The notes: generated from the letters alone by a model not told the origin. Numbered from the stretch's first letter, positions 1 through 10,380 are shown. The stretch is DNA of 64,000 nucleotides from Kiloniellales bacterium (GCA_030064845.1 JASJEC010000024.1:1102-65101); one strand, 5' to 3'. Made by a program: numbers and translations.

Positions 1-470
1 CGGTCGCCGCGCCGCTCGGCCGTGGTCCGCATCAGGCCGGGGTCGGAGCCGGCCCCCGGCGCCGGCTCGGTCATGGCGAAGGCCGAGCGGACCGTGCCGT
101 CGACGATCGGCTGGAGCCACCGGGCCTTCTGAGCGTCGGTCGCGATCTTCTCGAGCGCGATCATGGTGCCGTCGTCGGGCGCGGCGCAGTTGAAGGCGAC
201 CGGGCCGAAGATCGAACGACCCATCTCCTCGTAGCACACCGCCATACCGGCCACGTCGAGGCCCAGGCCGCCGCGCGCCTCGGGCATCTGGGGCGCCCAG
301 AGTCCGGCCGCCTTGACCTTGTCCCGCAGCGCCTGCAGGCGCGCCTCGGCGATGTTCTCGTGGTCGTCGTAGGCCGAGGGGTCGGCCTCCAGCGGCAGGA
401 TCTCCTCCGCAACGAAACGGCGGATGCGCTGCCGCAGTTCCGCCACCGCCGGGTCGAGCGTGAAGTCCAT
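1..470 (-). CDS. Acyl-CoA dehydrogenase family protein, N-terminal part (runs off the window edge)
   Basis: Reverse-strand translation from ATG at 470 reads MDFTLDPAVAELRQRIRRFVAEEILPLE...APQMPEARGGLGLDVAGMAVCYEEMGRS..., typical of an acyl-CoA dehydrogenase N-terminus. Confidence 0.85.
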   Translation of the reverse strand, partial: MDFTLDPAVAELRQRIRRFVAEEILPLEADPSAYDDHENIAEARLQALRDKVKAAGLWAPQMPEARGGLGLDVAGMAVCYEEMGRSIFGPVAFNCAAPDDGTMIALEKIATDAQKARWLQPIVDGTVRSAFAMTEPAPGAGSDPGLMRTTAERRGD

Positions 471-1240
471 CAGAGCGCCGCCGAATGGCCGCCGTCGACC
501 ACGATGACGCTGCCGTTGATGTAGCGCGACGCGTCGGAAGCCAGCAGCAGGAGCGCCCCCTCGAGATCCTCCGGCTGGCCGAAGCGGCGCTGCGGAATGC
601 GCTTGCGCAGAGCCTCGCCGTCGGGACTCTGGATGAATAGGCGGTTGATGTCCGTCTCGACATACCCGGGCGCCAGGGCGTTCACGCGGATGTCGTGGCG
701 GGCCAGGTCGATCGCCAGGGCCCGGGTCAGGTTGACCAGAGCCGCTTTCGAGGCGCAGTAAGGGGCGAGCCGGCCCGTCGCCCGCAGTCCCAGGACCGAG
801 GCCACGTTGACGATGCTGCCGCCGTGGCCGAGCTTGGCCATGTGCCGGGCCGTCTCCTGGGCCATCAGCCAGGCCCCCTTGAGGTTGGTGTCCACGACCC
901 GGTCCCAGTCCGCTTCGCCGATGTCCAAGGCCGCCTTGGTCTCAGCCATGCCCGCGTTGTTGACCAGAATCGAGATGTGCCCCAGTTCCATCTCCGCCGT
1001 GGTCACGCAGTCCTTCACGGACTCGCCGTTGGTCACGTCCAGTTCGATCGGGATCGCCCGGCCGTCGAAGGCCTCGATCTCGCGCGCCAGCTCGCAGAGC
1101 GCGTCGAGCCGCCGCGCGGCCAGGGCGACCTTGGCGCCAGCCCGGGCCAGGGTCATGGCGAAATGCCGGCCGAGCCCGCTCGACGCGCCGGTGACGATGG
1201 CGGCTCTGCCTTCGAGATCGAAGGGACCGGTCGGGTTCAT
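470..1240 (-). CDS. SDR family oxidoreductase
   Basis: 256 aa; Rossmann motif GRAAIVTGASSGLG, catalytic YCASKAA, C-terminal NGSVIVVDGG. Confidence 0.9.
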   Translation of the reverse strand: MNPTGPFDLEGRAAIVTGASSGLGRHFAMTLARAGAKVALAARRLDALCELAREIEAFDGRAIPIELDVTNGESVKDCVTTAEMELGHISILVNNAGMAETKAALDIGEADWDRVVDTNLKGAWLMAQETARHMAKLGHGGSIVNVASVLGLRATGRLAPYCASKAALVNLTRALAIDLARHDIRVNALAPGYVETDINRLFIQSPDGEALRKRIPQRRFGQPEDLEGALLLLASDASRYINGSVIVVDGGHSAAL

Positions 1241-1252
1241 GGCCCTCGGCGC

Positions 1253-2908
1253 CTACAAAACCTTGGCCTGCTCGCGCAGGACGAACTTCTGGATCTTGCC
1301 GGTCGAGGTCTTCGGCAGGCCTTGGAAGACCACGGTCTTGGGCGCCTTGAAGTGCGCCATGTTGTCGCGGCAGAACGCGATGATCTCGTCCTGTGTCGAC
1401 TCCTGCCCCGGCTTCAGGGTGACGAAGGCGCAGGGCGTCTCGCCCCACTTCGAATCGGGCCGGGCGACCACGGCCGCCTCCATGACCTTGGGGTGACGGT
1501 AGAGCGTCTCCTCGATCTCCAGGCTTGAGATGTTCTCGCCGCCCGAGATGATGACGTCCTTGGAGCGGTCCTTGACCTCGACATAGCCGTCGGCGTGGCG
1601 CACCGCGAGGTCCCCGGTGCGGAACCATCCGCCCTCGAGCGCCGCCTCGGTCGCGTCCGGGTTCTTCAGATAGCCCTTCATCACGGTATTGCCGCGCATC
1701 ATCAGCTCGCCCAGGGTCTCGCCGTCCGACGGCACCTCGGCCAGGGTCTCGGGATCGGCGACCCTGATCTCTTCCAGCGTCAGGTAGTTGACCCCCTGCC
1801 GGGCCATGAAGCCGGAGCGCTGTTCGAGCGGCAGGCCGTCCCAGGCCGACTGCCAGGCGCAGACCGTCGCCGGCCCGTAGCACTCGGTCAGGCCATAGAG
1901 GTGGGTCACGCGGAAGCCGATCTTCTCCATCGCCTCGATCGTCGCGCTCGGTGGCGCCGCGCCGCCGGTCGCCAGTTCGACCGTCCGCTCGAACCGCTGT
2001 CCCTCGGCCTCCGGCGCGTGGGCCAGCATGGTCAGGACGATCGGCGCGCCGCACATGTGGGTGATGCCCTCCTCGGCGATCGCCCGGTAGACCGCGCCGG
2101 CCTCGACCTTGCGCAGGCACACGTGGGTCGCCGAGGCGGCGGTCACCGCCCAGGTGAAGGTCCAGCCGTTGCAATGGAACATCGGCAGGGTCCAGAGGTA
2201 AACCGAGTCTCTGCCGAGACCCATGGTGATGAGGTTGCCCAGGGCGTTCAGGTAGGCGCCGCGGTGGTGGTAGACCACGCCCTTGGGATTGCCCGTCGTG
2301 CCCGAGGTGTAGAGCAGGCAGATCGACTGCCACTCCTCCGCCGGCTGCACCTCGTCGAAGACGGGCTCGCCCTCGGCCAGGAACGCCTCGTAGTCGAGCG
2401 CGCCGAGAAGTTCGCCGGACTCGGCCAGAGGATCGTCGATGTCGATCACCAATGGCGGGTTGTCGAGCGCGGCCAGCGCCGGTCCGATCACCGGCGAGAA
2501 CTCCTTGTCGGTGATCAGGACCTTGGCCTCGCCGTGCTCGAGGATGAAGGCGATGGTCTTGGCGTCCAGCCGGACATTGAGCGCGTTCAGCACCGCGCCC
2601 GCCATGGGGACGCCGTAGTGGGCTTCCAGCAACGCCGGCACGTTGGGGGCCATCACCGCAACGGTATCGCCGGTCCCAATACCCCGCTTGCGGAGCGCCG
2701 AGGCGAGACGGCAGGCGCGTTCGTGGAATGTGCGGTAGCTGTAGCGGAGCTCGCCGTGAACGACGGCGACCTTGTCGGGGTAGACCGCGGCCGCCCGGCG
2801 GAGAAAGCTGATCGGAGTCAGCGGCGCAGTATTGGCCGCGTTCTGCTCCAGCCCCTGGTCGTAGATCCCGCCTGTCCCGGCCCCCGCGTCATTCATCGCC
2901 TGCACCAT
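1253..2908 (-). CDS. Acyl-CoA synthetase / AMP-binding long- or medium-chain fatty-acid-CoA ligase
   Basis: AMP-binding motif LLYTSGTTGNPKGVVYHH and C-terminal PKTSTGKIQKFVLRE. Start chosen at M66 of the 616-aa ORF; the upstream extension is low-complexity. Confidence 0.9.
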   Translation of the reverse strand: MVQAMNDAGAGTGGIYDQGLEQNAANTAPLTPISFLRRAAAVYPDKVAVVHGELRYSYRTFHERACRLASALRKRGIGTGDTVAVMAPNVPALLEAHYGVPMAGAVLNALNVRLDAKTIAFILEHGEAKVLITDKEFSPVIGPALAALDNPPLVIDIDDPLAESGELLGALDYEAFLAEGEPVFDEVQPAEEWQSICLLYTSGTTGNPKGVVYHHRGAYLNALGNLITMGLGRDSVYLWTLPMFHCNGWTFTWAVTAASATHVCLRKVEAGAVYRAIAEEGITHMCGAPIVLTMLAHAPEAEGQRFERTVELATGGAAPPSATIEAMEKIGFRVTHLYGLTECYGPATVCAWQSAWDGLPLEQRSGFMARQGVNYLTLEEIRVADPETLAEVPSDGETLGELMMRGNTVMKGYLKNPDATEAALEGGWFRTGDLAVRHADGYVEVKDRSKDVIISGGENISSLEIEETLYRHPKVMEAAVVARPDSKWGETPCAFVTLKPGQESTQDEIIAFCRDNMAHFKAPKTVVFQGLPKTSTGKIQKFVLREQAKVL

Positions 2909-3101
2909 ATCCCTGCACAAACTCCCGGACAGCGCGGGATGCCTTCGAATTCGCCCGCGGAGATCCTTGAACTGCGCTATGGTCGATGTCAGCTCTCGAC
3001 AGGTCAAGCCCGCACAGCCTGACGACAGGACGCAGAGCCGCGCCGCGTCGGCCCGCCCCTGTTTCGGCGCACCCCACCCCGGGCGAGAAAAGGACCGCGC
3101 C

Positions 3102-3746
3102 ATGCAGCTACAAATCTACTCCGACACGATCTGCCCCTGGTGCCTGATCGGCAAGCGCCGGCTGGAGCGCGCGCTCGCCGAGCGGCCCCAGCCCGACCTG
3201 GAGGTTACCTGGCACGCTTTCCAGCTCAATCCGGAGATGCCGGCCGACGGCATGGATCGGCGCCGCTACCTGGAGCTCAAATTCGGCGGCGGAGAAGGCG
3301 CCCGCCAGGTCTACGGGCAGGTCGAGCAGGCCGGGGCCTCCGAGGGGATCGCCTTCAATTTCGACGCCATCCGGCGGACGCCCAATACGCTCAATTCCCA
3401 TCGCCTGATCCGCTGGGCAGGCCGAGAGGGCTGCCAGATGGCCGTGGTGGAGGCGCTGTTTTCGGCCTACTTCTTCGACGGCCGGGACATCGGCGATCCC
3501 GAGACCCTTGTCGCGGTAGCGCAGACGGTCGGGCTGGACCCCACTGCGGCGCAGGACTACCTGGCGAGCGACCAGGACCTGGAAGCGGTGCGCAACGAGG
3601 ACGCCGAGGCGCGGCGCATTGGCATCCAGGGCGTTCCCACCTTCATCTGGAACGGCCGCTACGTGCTTTCGGGCGCCCACCCGCCCGAGGTCCTGCTGCA
3701 GCTCTTCGACCTGGGACGCGAGGACGCGCCGGCTTCAGCCTCCTGA
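3102..3746 (+). CDS. DsbA-family oxidoreductase (FrnE-like)
   Basis: MQLQIYSDTICPWCLIGKRRLERAL...GIQGVPTFIWNGRYVLSGAHPPEVL; CPWC motif and cis-Pro region. Confidence 0.9.
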   Translation: MQLQIYSDTICPWCLIGKRRLERALAERPQPDLEVTWHAFQLNPEMPADGMDRRRYLELKFGGGEGARQVYGQVEQAGASEGIAFNFDAIRRTPNTLNSHRLIRWAGREGCQMAVVEALFSAYFFDGRDIGDPETLVAVAQTVGLDPTAAQDYLASDQDLEAVRNEDAEARRIGIQGVPTFIWNGRYVLSGAHPPEVLLQLFDLGREDAPASAS

Positions 3747-3777
3747 CCTGGAAACCAGTGGCGGTGCGCAGGCTGCG

Positions 3778-6700
3778 CTAGGTGCGCAGCGCCTTCAACT
3801 CGCCCAGAAGCTCCTGAACGCCGGCCACGCGGCGCGCCGGATCGGCCCAGTTCTCCTGATAGACCAGCTTGCCGTCCGGCTTGAGCCGCACCGTCATGGA
3901 CTCGGCCTGAACGAAGCGCAGCAGGGCCTCGACGTTCTCCATGGCGCTCTCGCGAAACACAACGACCGCGCCCTTCGGCCCCGCGTCGATTTTCTCGACC
4001 CCGGCTTCCCGGCAAAGTTGTTTAATTGCAATAGTTTGCAACAGGTTTTGCACCTCGTCCGGAAGCGCGCCGAAGCGGTCGATCAGCTCCGCGGCGAAGG
4101 CGTCGATCTCGCCGCGGTCGACCAGCAGGGCGATGCGCCGATAGAGCCCGAGACGCAGGTTGAGGTCGGTGACATAGCTCTCCGGTATCAGCACCGAGGT
4201 GCCAAGCGAGATCTGCGGCGTCCAGGACTCGGCGCTGACTTGGTCGGCCTTGGCGCCGCCTTCGCGCGCGGCGGTGACCGCCTCCTCGAGCAGCTGCTGG
4301 TAGAGCTCGATGCCGACTTCCCTGATCTGCCCCGACTGCTCCTCGCCGAGCAGGTTGCCCGCGCCGCGGATATCGAGGTCGTGGCTGGCGAGCGTGAAGC
4401 CGGCGCCGAGGGTATCCAGGGTCTGCATAACCTGGAGCCGCCGTTCCGCCGCCGCCGTCAGCAGCCGGCCCGGCGGCACGGTGAGGTAGGCGTAGCCCCG
4501 CTGCTTGGAGCGGCCGATCCGGCCGCGCAGCTGGTAGAGCTGGGACAGGCCGAACATGTCGGCGCGGTGGATCACGATGGTGTTGGCGTTGGGAATGTCG
4601 AGACCGGATTCCACGATATTGGTCGACAGCAGCAGATCGAAGCGCCGGTCGACGAAGGCGCTCATGACCGATTCCAGAGGACCGGGGGCCATGCGGCCGT
4701 GCGCCGTGGCGATCTTGACCTCGGGCACCAGCTTTTCGAGGCGCTCCTGCAGGTCGGGCAGGTGCTCGATCCGCGGGCAAACATAGAACACCTGCCCGCC
4801 GCGGAAGTGCTCGCGCAGGATCGCCTCGCGCACGATGACGGGGTCGTAGGGCAGCACGAAGGTGCGGACCGCCAAGCGGTCGACCGGCGGGCTGGCGATC
4901 AGGCTCATCTCCCTGACGCCGGAGAGCGCGAGCTGCAGCGTCCGGGGGATCGGTGTGGCGGTCAGCGTCAGCACGTGGACGTCTTCGCGCAACCGCTTCA
5001 GGCGCTCCTTCTGCTTGACGCCGAAGTGCTGCTCCTCGTCGACGATCAGCAGGGCGAGGTCCTGGAACGCGATCGACTGGGACAGCAGCATGTGCGTCCC
5101 GATCACGATATCGATCTGACCCCGCTGCAGTTCGTCCTTGATCCGGGCGGCATCCTTCGCCGCGACCAGGCGGGACAGCTGGGCGATGCGCACGGGCAGG
5201 CCCTGGAACCGGTCCCGGAAGGTCCGGTAGTGCTGCCGGGCCAGCAAAGTGGTCGGAACCACCACGGCCACCTGGCGCCCGGTCATCGCAGCGATGAAGG
5301 CGGCGCGCAACGCGACCTCGGTCTTGCCGAAGCCGACATCGCCGCAGACCAGCCGGTCCATGGGCCGCCCGGCCGCCAGGTCGTCCAGGGTGTCCTCGAT
5401 CGCCCGCAGCTGGTCGTCGGTCTCCGGAAAAGGGAAGCGGGCGCAGAACTCGTCGTAGAGCCCGGCCTCGGGGGCGATCGGGTCGGAATGTTTCAGCTCG
5501 CGCGCGGCGGCGAGCTTGATCAGCTCGTCGGCGATCGACTTGATCCGCGCCTTGACCCGCGCCTTTCGCGCCTGCCACTGACCCTGGCCGAGCCGATCCA
5601 GTTCGACCCCGGCGCTCTCGGAGCCGAAGCGGGAGAGCACGTCGATGTTCTCGACCGGAACGAAGAGCTTGTCGCCGCCCTGGTAGACCAGCCGCAGGCA
5701 GTCGTGCGGCGCCCCCGAGACGGCGAGTGTCTGGAGCCCTTCGTAGCGCCCGATCCCGTGATCCATGTGCACGACGAGATCGTCTTCCTGCAGGGTAGTG
5801 ACCTCGGTCAGGAAGTTCTCGGGCCGACGCCGCTTGGCCGCCGGCCGCGCCAAGCGCTCGCCCAGGATGTCCTGTTCCGTGATCACCGTCAGGGCGCCGG
5901 CGCCGAAACCGCGCTCGAGACCCAGCACGGTTACCGCCAGACCGTCTTCCTCGACCCGGTCCAGCTCCTCCAGGGTCGTGATCGCCCTGGTCTGCCGCAG
6001 CCCGTGGTCCTTGAGCAGCCCGGTCAGGCGGTCGAGCGAGCCCTGGCTGTAGCCGGCGAGCAGCACCCGCCTGCCCTGCCCGGCCTCGGCCTCGACGCGG
6101 GCGCGAAGCTGGTCGAACAGGCCGTGGTCCGCCGCCGTGCGTGCCTCGGAGAAGTCCAGCGGCGCCCGGCCGCCGGCATCCAAGACCGCACCGTTCCCCG
6201 ACGGCGCGGCGAAGGGCCAGAACTGCGCCGAACGGCGGCCGGCGAGACAGGCCGACCAGCTCTGGCCATCGACGTAGAGCGCCTCGGGCGGCAGGGGACG
6301 ATAGGGCCAGCCGCCGACGTCCTTGGCGTCCTGCAGCGATACGCGCGAGTCGAAGAACTCCAGGATGTTCTCGAGCCGGGCCCTGCGCGCCTCCTCGATC
6401 TGGCGGTCGAGGGTGACGGCCGCGTCCGGCAGGTAGTCGAAGACCGTCTCGAGTCCGTCGTAGAACAGGGGCAGCCAATGCTCCATCCCTGGATGGGGCC
6501 GTCCGGCCGAGATCGCCTCGTAGAGCGGATCCTCGGAGGATACCGAGCCGAAGGCCTCGCGGTAGCGCGTGCGGAACCGCGAGATCGACGCCTCGTCGAG
6601 GATCACTTCGCTGACGGGCTTCAGGGCGAAGCTTTCGAGCGGCTCGATGGTCCGCTGGCTGAGCGAGTCGAAGCGCCTCAAGGAATCGAGCTCGTCGCCG

Positions 6701-7263
6701 AAGAAGTCGAAACGCAGCGGTTCGGGCTCGCCGGGCGGGAAGACGTCAACGATGCCGCCCCGCAGGGCGAACTCGCCCGGCTCGCTCACGGTCTCGACCC
6801 GCTGATAGCCGTTCCCGACACAGAACAGCCTGAGCTCCTCCTGGCTCAGCGGTGCCCCGGTGCGGCCCACGAGGCTCCGGCCCTCGAAGGCGCTGCGCGG
6901 CGGAACCCGTTGCACCGCGGCGTTCACGGTGGTCACGACGATATCCGGCGCGGGTCCGGCGCAGAGCCGGGTCAGAGTATCGATCCTCCGGGCGACGATG
7001 TCCCTATGCGGACCGACTCGGTCGTAGGGCAGGCAATCCCAGGCCGGGAGCGTGGCCACCTCGCAAGTCGGGCTCAAGAAGGAGAGCAGTTCGCAGATCC
7101 GGGCCATCTGCGCGTCGTCCCGGGCGACGTGTAGGATCGGACCGGGCCGGTCGCTTCCGCCCGTCCGCCAGAACTGGCTCAGAAAGACCGATTCGACACC
7201 CTCAGGAGCGTTGGAAACCAGGGTGTCACCCGGTCTCAGGGCGATGTCCGGCAGCAGTCTCAA
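3778..7263 (-). CDS. mfd: Transcription-repair coupling factor
   Basis: Helicase motifs GDVGFGKTEVALRAAF, DEEQHFGVKQKERLK, TATPIPRTLQLAL plus the TRCF C-terminal domain. Start likely TTG at 7263, overlapping the TGA of sdhE. Confidence 0.96.
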   Translation of the reverse strand: MRLLPDIALRPGDTLVSNAPEGVESVFLSQFWRTGGSDRPGPILHVARDDAQMARICELLSFLSPTCEVATLPAWDCLPYDRVGPHRDIVARRIDTLTRLCAGPAPDIVVTTVNAAVQRVPPRSAFEGRSLVGRTGAPLSQEELRLFCVGNGYQRVETVSEPGEFALRGGIVDVFPPGEPEPLRFDFFGDELDSLRRFDSLSQRTIEPLESFALKPVSEVILDEASISRFRTRYREAFGSVSSEDPLYEAISAGRPHPGMEHWLPLFYDGLETVFDYLPDAAVTLDRQIEEARRARLENILEFFDSRVSLQDAKDVGGWPYRPLPPEALYVDGQSWSACLAGRRSAQFWPFAAPSGNGAVLDAGGRAPLDFSEARTAADHGLFDQLRARVEAEAGQGRRVLLAGYSQGSLDRLTGLLKDHGLRQTRAITTLEELDRVEEDGLAVTVLGLERGFGAGALTVITEQDILGERLARPAAKRRRPENFLTEVTTLQEDDLVVHMDHGIGRYEGLQTLAVSGAPHDCLRLVYQGGDKLFVPVENIDVLSRFGSESAGVELDRLGQGQWQARKARVKARIKSIADELIKLAAARELKHSDPIAPEAGLYDEFCARFPFPETDDQLRAIEDTLDDLAAGRPMDRLVCGDVGFGKTEVALRAAFIAAMTGRQVAVVVPTTLLARQHYRTFRDRFQGLPVRIAQLSRLVAAKDAARIKDELQRGQIDIVIGTHMLLSQSIAFQDLALLIVDEEQHFGVKQKERLKRLREDVHVLTLTATPIPRTLQLALSGVREMSLIASPPVDRLAVRTFVLPYDPVIVREAILREHFRGGQVFYVCPRIEHLPDLQERLEKLVPEVKIATAHGRMAPGPLESVMSAFVDRRFDLLLSTNIVESGLDIPNANTIVIHRADMFGLSQLYQLRGRIGRSKQRGYAYLTVPPGRLLTAAAERRLQVMQTLDTLGAGFTLASHDLDIRGAGNLLGEEQSGQIREVGIELYQQLLEEAVTAAREGGAKADQVSAESWTPQISLGTSVLIPESYVTDLNLRLGLYRRIALLVDRGEIDAFAAELIDRFGALPDEVQNLLQTIAIKQLCREAGVEKIDAGPKGAVVVFRESAMENVEALLRFVQAESMTVRLKPDGKLVYQENWADPARRVAGVQELLGELKALRT

Positions 7264-7529
7264 GAGTTCGGCGTGTGGAGCTTGAAGGCCAGCAGTAGGC
7301 GCGTGACGTCGTGGTCGTGAGGCGGCGCGGGCTCCGCGTTGCCGGTGATCCAGTCGTACAAGATGGGTTCCGGCACCTCGAGCAGCTGCTCGAAGCGATC
7401 CAGCTGGGCGGCGTCGAAGTCCCCGAGATGGCTCTCGGCGAAACGCCCGATCAGAATGTCCAACTCCTTCATGCCGCGGTGCGCGGCGCGGTAGCGCAGC
7501 CTCTTGCGTCGTGCGGCGTCGGTTGTCAT
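7260..7529 (-). CDS. sdhE: FAD assembly factor SdhE (succinate dehydrogenase assembly factor 2)
   Basis: 89 aa with RGMKELDILIGRF and EQLLEVPEPILYDWITG signatures. Confidence 0.9.
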   Translation of the reverse strand: MTTDAARRKRLRYRAAHRGMKELDILIGRFAESHLGDFDAAQLDRFEQLLEVPEPILYDWITGNAEPAPPHDHDVTRLLLAFKLHTPNS

Positions 7530-7844
7530 GGGGCTCGGCTCCCAGTTGCGCGCAGAGACATAGCACGGCGGCGCAAAATCGAAAGCCCCCTGTCCGGTCA
7601 AGGGACTCGGCAAAATTTGAAATAAAACTTTTCTATATCTCATGGTAAACGGACAATTTCTTCACGTATTTCTAGAACCAGTCACGGCTCTGCGTGTTAC
7701 TATTGCAATGCGGAAAAATGGCCCCTGGGGATATTCATGAGATGTTCTCGGGAGAACAATCCAAATGCGCAAATTTGTTCGAACTTGGGAAAGCAATGGA
7801 GCGGTTTTAGTCAAATCTTCATTGAAATGTGATGGAATGCTCCA

Positions 7845-8195
7845 ATGTCGTCGACCCGCACAAAAAGACTGACTTCTGCCAGAAGCGCGCCAGACGAAGT
7901 CAAGACGCTGGAGCTCTCGCTGCCGATTCCGGCCAATCGGGAGCGCAGGGTCGAGGCCCTCGACTTCCTTAACCGTGCGGTCGAGCAATACATCGAGGAC
8001 TACGGCGACGATGTCTATGACGACGACCAGGAGTCGTCGATCAAGCCCGACATCCACTTCCCGGGCAAGAAGGCCCGTCGCGCCAGTGCGGACGACGACG
8101 ACTTCATCCCCGATCGGCCCGAAGGCCGCGCCATCACCGTGCCGCAGGCGATCCAGCTCTGCCTCTGTGCGGTCCTGATCTTCTTCCTCTGGTAA
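7845..8195 (+). CDS. Hypothetical acidic protein with hydrophobic C-terminus
   Basis: 116 aa ORF: DDVYDDDQESS and DDDDFIPDRP acidic stretches, C-terminal IQLCLCAVLIFFLW; sits between mfd/sdhE and recG. Confidence 0.5.
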   Translation: MSSTRTKRLTSARSAPDEVKTLELSLPIPANRERRVEALDFLNRAVEQYIEDYGDDVYDDDQESSIKPDIHFPGKKARRASADDDDFIPDRPEGRAITVPQAIQLCLCAVLIFFLW

Positions 8196-8289
8196 CTCGG
8201 CCGCTGGACCTCGTCCGGTCCGCCTTGATTCCATCCCGTCTGTCCGGCGATCCTGCTGACCGCACAACCGTGCCTCAGCGGGAAAAGTC

Positions 8290-10371
8290 TTGCGCCCGGA
8301 AATCCTCTTCGGCCTCTTCGCGCCCCTCACCTCCTTGCCGGGCGTCGGAGCACGCCTGGCGAAGCTGTTCGAGGGGCTGGCCGGACCGCACGTTCTCGAT
8401 CTCTGCTGGCATTGGCCGACCGGCCTGATCGACCGGCGCTATGCGCCCAGCCTGGCGGAAGCCCTGCCGGGCCGGGTCGCCACGCTCAGCCTGCGCGTCG
8501 AACGACACGAGGCGCCCCGCGTGCCCCGCCGGCCCTACCGCGTGACCTGCAGCGACGGGACAGGGCGGCTGGAGCTGGTCTTCTTCCACACCCGCGGCGA
8601 CTATCTCAGCAAGGTCCTGCCGGTCGGTGAGGAGGTCGTCGTCAGCGGCCGACTCGAGCTCTTCAACGAAGGCCTGCAGATGACCCACCCGGATCACATC
8701 GGCCGGCCCGCTGACCGCGCCACCCTGATGACCGTGGAGCCGGTCTATCCCCTGACCGCCGGGCTGTCGCTCAAGGTCGTCGGCAAGGCGGTCCAGGCGG
8801 CCCTGGAGCGCGTGCCGGACCTGCCGGAATGGCTCGATCCCGCCCTGGTCCAGCGCGAAAGCTGGCGCCCCTGGGCAGAGAGCCTGCGCCGGGTCCACCA
8901 GCCCGCCGGGGCCGCCGACCTCGAGCCCGGGGTGCCCGCCCGCCGGCGGCTCGCCTACGACGAGTTGCTGGCCAACCAGCTCGCCCTGGGCCTGGTCCGG
9001 GAGCGCCAGAGGCGCCGCAAGGGCCGCTCTATCGTGGGCGACGGCAGGTTCCGGCGGCCGGTGATCGAGGCCCTGCCCTACAGCCTCACAGGGTCCCAGG
9101 AAACCGCCCTGGAGGAGATTCTGGCCGAGATGGCTGCCGAGGAGCGCATGCTCCGGCTGCTTCAGGGCGACGTCGGCAGCGGCAAGACCGTGGTCGCCCT
9201 GCTCGCCATGCTGGCCGCGGTCGAGGCGGGCTGTCAGGCCGTCCTGATGGCGCCGACGGAGATCCTGGCCAGCCAGCACCACGATACCCTGAGCGCCCTG
9301 GCGGCGCCCGCTGGCCTCCGCGTGGAACTGCTCACCGGGCGCCGCAAGGGCAAGGCCAGGCGCGAGGCGCTGGAGCGCCTGGCCAGCGGCGAGGCTCGTC
9401 TCGCGGTCGGCACTCACGCCCTTTTCCAGGAGGACGTTGCGTTCCACGATCTCGGCCTGGCGGTGATCGACGAGCAGCACCGCTTCGGGGTCCACCAGCG
9501 CCTGACCCTCGGGGCCAAGGGGCGCGCCGTCGACATCCTGGTCATGACCGCGACGCCGATCCCGCGCAGCCTCATGCTGACCGCCTACGGCGACCTCCTG
9601 GCCTCCAAGCTGACCGAGCGCCCCGCCGGGCGCCAGCCGGTCGATACCCGGGTCCTGCCCCTGGAGCGCCTCGACGACGTGGTCGAGGCGGTCGGCCGGG
9701 CGCTCGACCGCGGCGCCAAGGGCTACTGGGTCTGTCCGTTGGTAGAGGAATCCGAGACGATCGACGTGGCCGCCGCCGAGGACCGCCACGCCGTCCTGGC
9801 CGAGCGTTTCGGCCGCCGCGTCGGACTGGTCCACGGCCGCATGTCGGGCGAGGACAAGGACGCGGCGATGGCGGCCTTCGCCGAGGGGCCGGTCGATCTG
9901 CTGGTGGCCACGACGGTCATCGAGGTCGGGGTCGACGTCCCGGCCGCAACGGTGCTGGTGATCGAGCATGCCGAGCGCTTCGGCCTGGCGCAGCTCCATC
10001 AGCTGCGCGGCCGGATTGGGCGCGGCGCCGGCAAGTCGACCTGCCTGCTCTGCTATCAGGCGCCGCTCGGCGAGACCGCCCGCGCCCGCCTCGAGATCAT
10101 GCGCCAGACCGACGACGGCTTTCGCATCGCCGAAGAGGATCTCAGGCTGCGCGGCGCCGGAGAGGTGCTCGGGACCCGCCAGAGCGGCATGCCCACCTTC
10201 CGCGTGGCCGACCTGGCGGTCCACGGCGACCTCCTGGCCATGGCCCGCGACGACGCCCGCCTGATCCTGGAAAAGGACCCGGGGCTCACCGGTCCGCGCG
10301 GCGAAGCGCTAAGGGTCCTGCTCTACCTCTTCGAGCGGGACCAGGCGATCAAGTATCTGAGGTCGGGATAA
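8290..10371 (+). CDS. recG: ATP-dependent DNA helicase RecG
   Basis: GDVGSGKTVVALLAMLAAVEAG, DEQHRFGVHQRLTL, TATPIPRSLMLTAYGDL, QLHQLRGRIGRG, GEVLGTRQSG. Confidence 0.97.
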   Translation: MRPEILFGLFAPLTSLPGVGARLAKLFEGLAGPHVLDLCWHWPTGLIDRRYAPSLAEALPGRVATLSLRVERHEAPRVPRRPYRVTCSDGTGRLELVFFHTRGDYLSKVLPVGEEVVVSGRLELFNEGLQMTHPDHIGRPADRATLMTVEPVYPLTAGLSLKVVGKAVQAALERVPDLPEWLDPALVQRESWRPWAESLRRVHQPAGAADLEPGVPARRRLAYDELLANQLALGLVRERQRRRKGRSIVGDGRFRRPVIEALPYSLTGSQETALEEILAEMAAEERMLRLLQGDVGSGKTVVALLAMLAAVEAGCQAVLMAPTEILASQHHDTLSALAAPAGLRVELLTGRRKGKARREALERLASGEARLAVGTHALFQEDVAFHDLGLAVIDEQHRFGVHQRLTLGAKGRAVDILVMTATPIPRSLMLTAYGDLLASKLTERPAGRQPVDTRVLPLERLDDVVEAVGRALDRGAKGYWVCPLVEESETIDVAAAEDRHAVLAERFGRRVGLVHGRMSGEDKDAAMAAFAEGPVDLLVATTVIEVGVDVPAATVLVIEHAERFGLAQLHQLRGRIGRGAGKSTCLLCYQAPLGETARARLEIMRQTDDGFRIAEEDLRLRGAGEVLGTRQSGMPTFRVADLAVHGDLLAMARDDARLILEKDPGLTGPRGEALRVLLYLFERDQAIKYLRSG

Positions 10372-10380
10372 GCGGCGCGC

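Noticed and set aside
3619-7134. 1171-aa open reading frame on the + strand
   Set aside because: Lies fully antisense to mfd. Composition is the mirror artefact of high-GC codon bias, with no domain-like motifs.
8275-10224. 649-aa ORF on the - strand
   Set aside because: Antisense to recG. Low-complexity His/Gln/Gly/Arg-rich translation typical of high-GC antisense frames.
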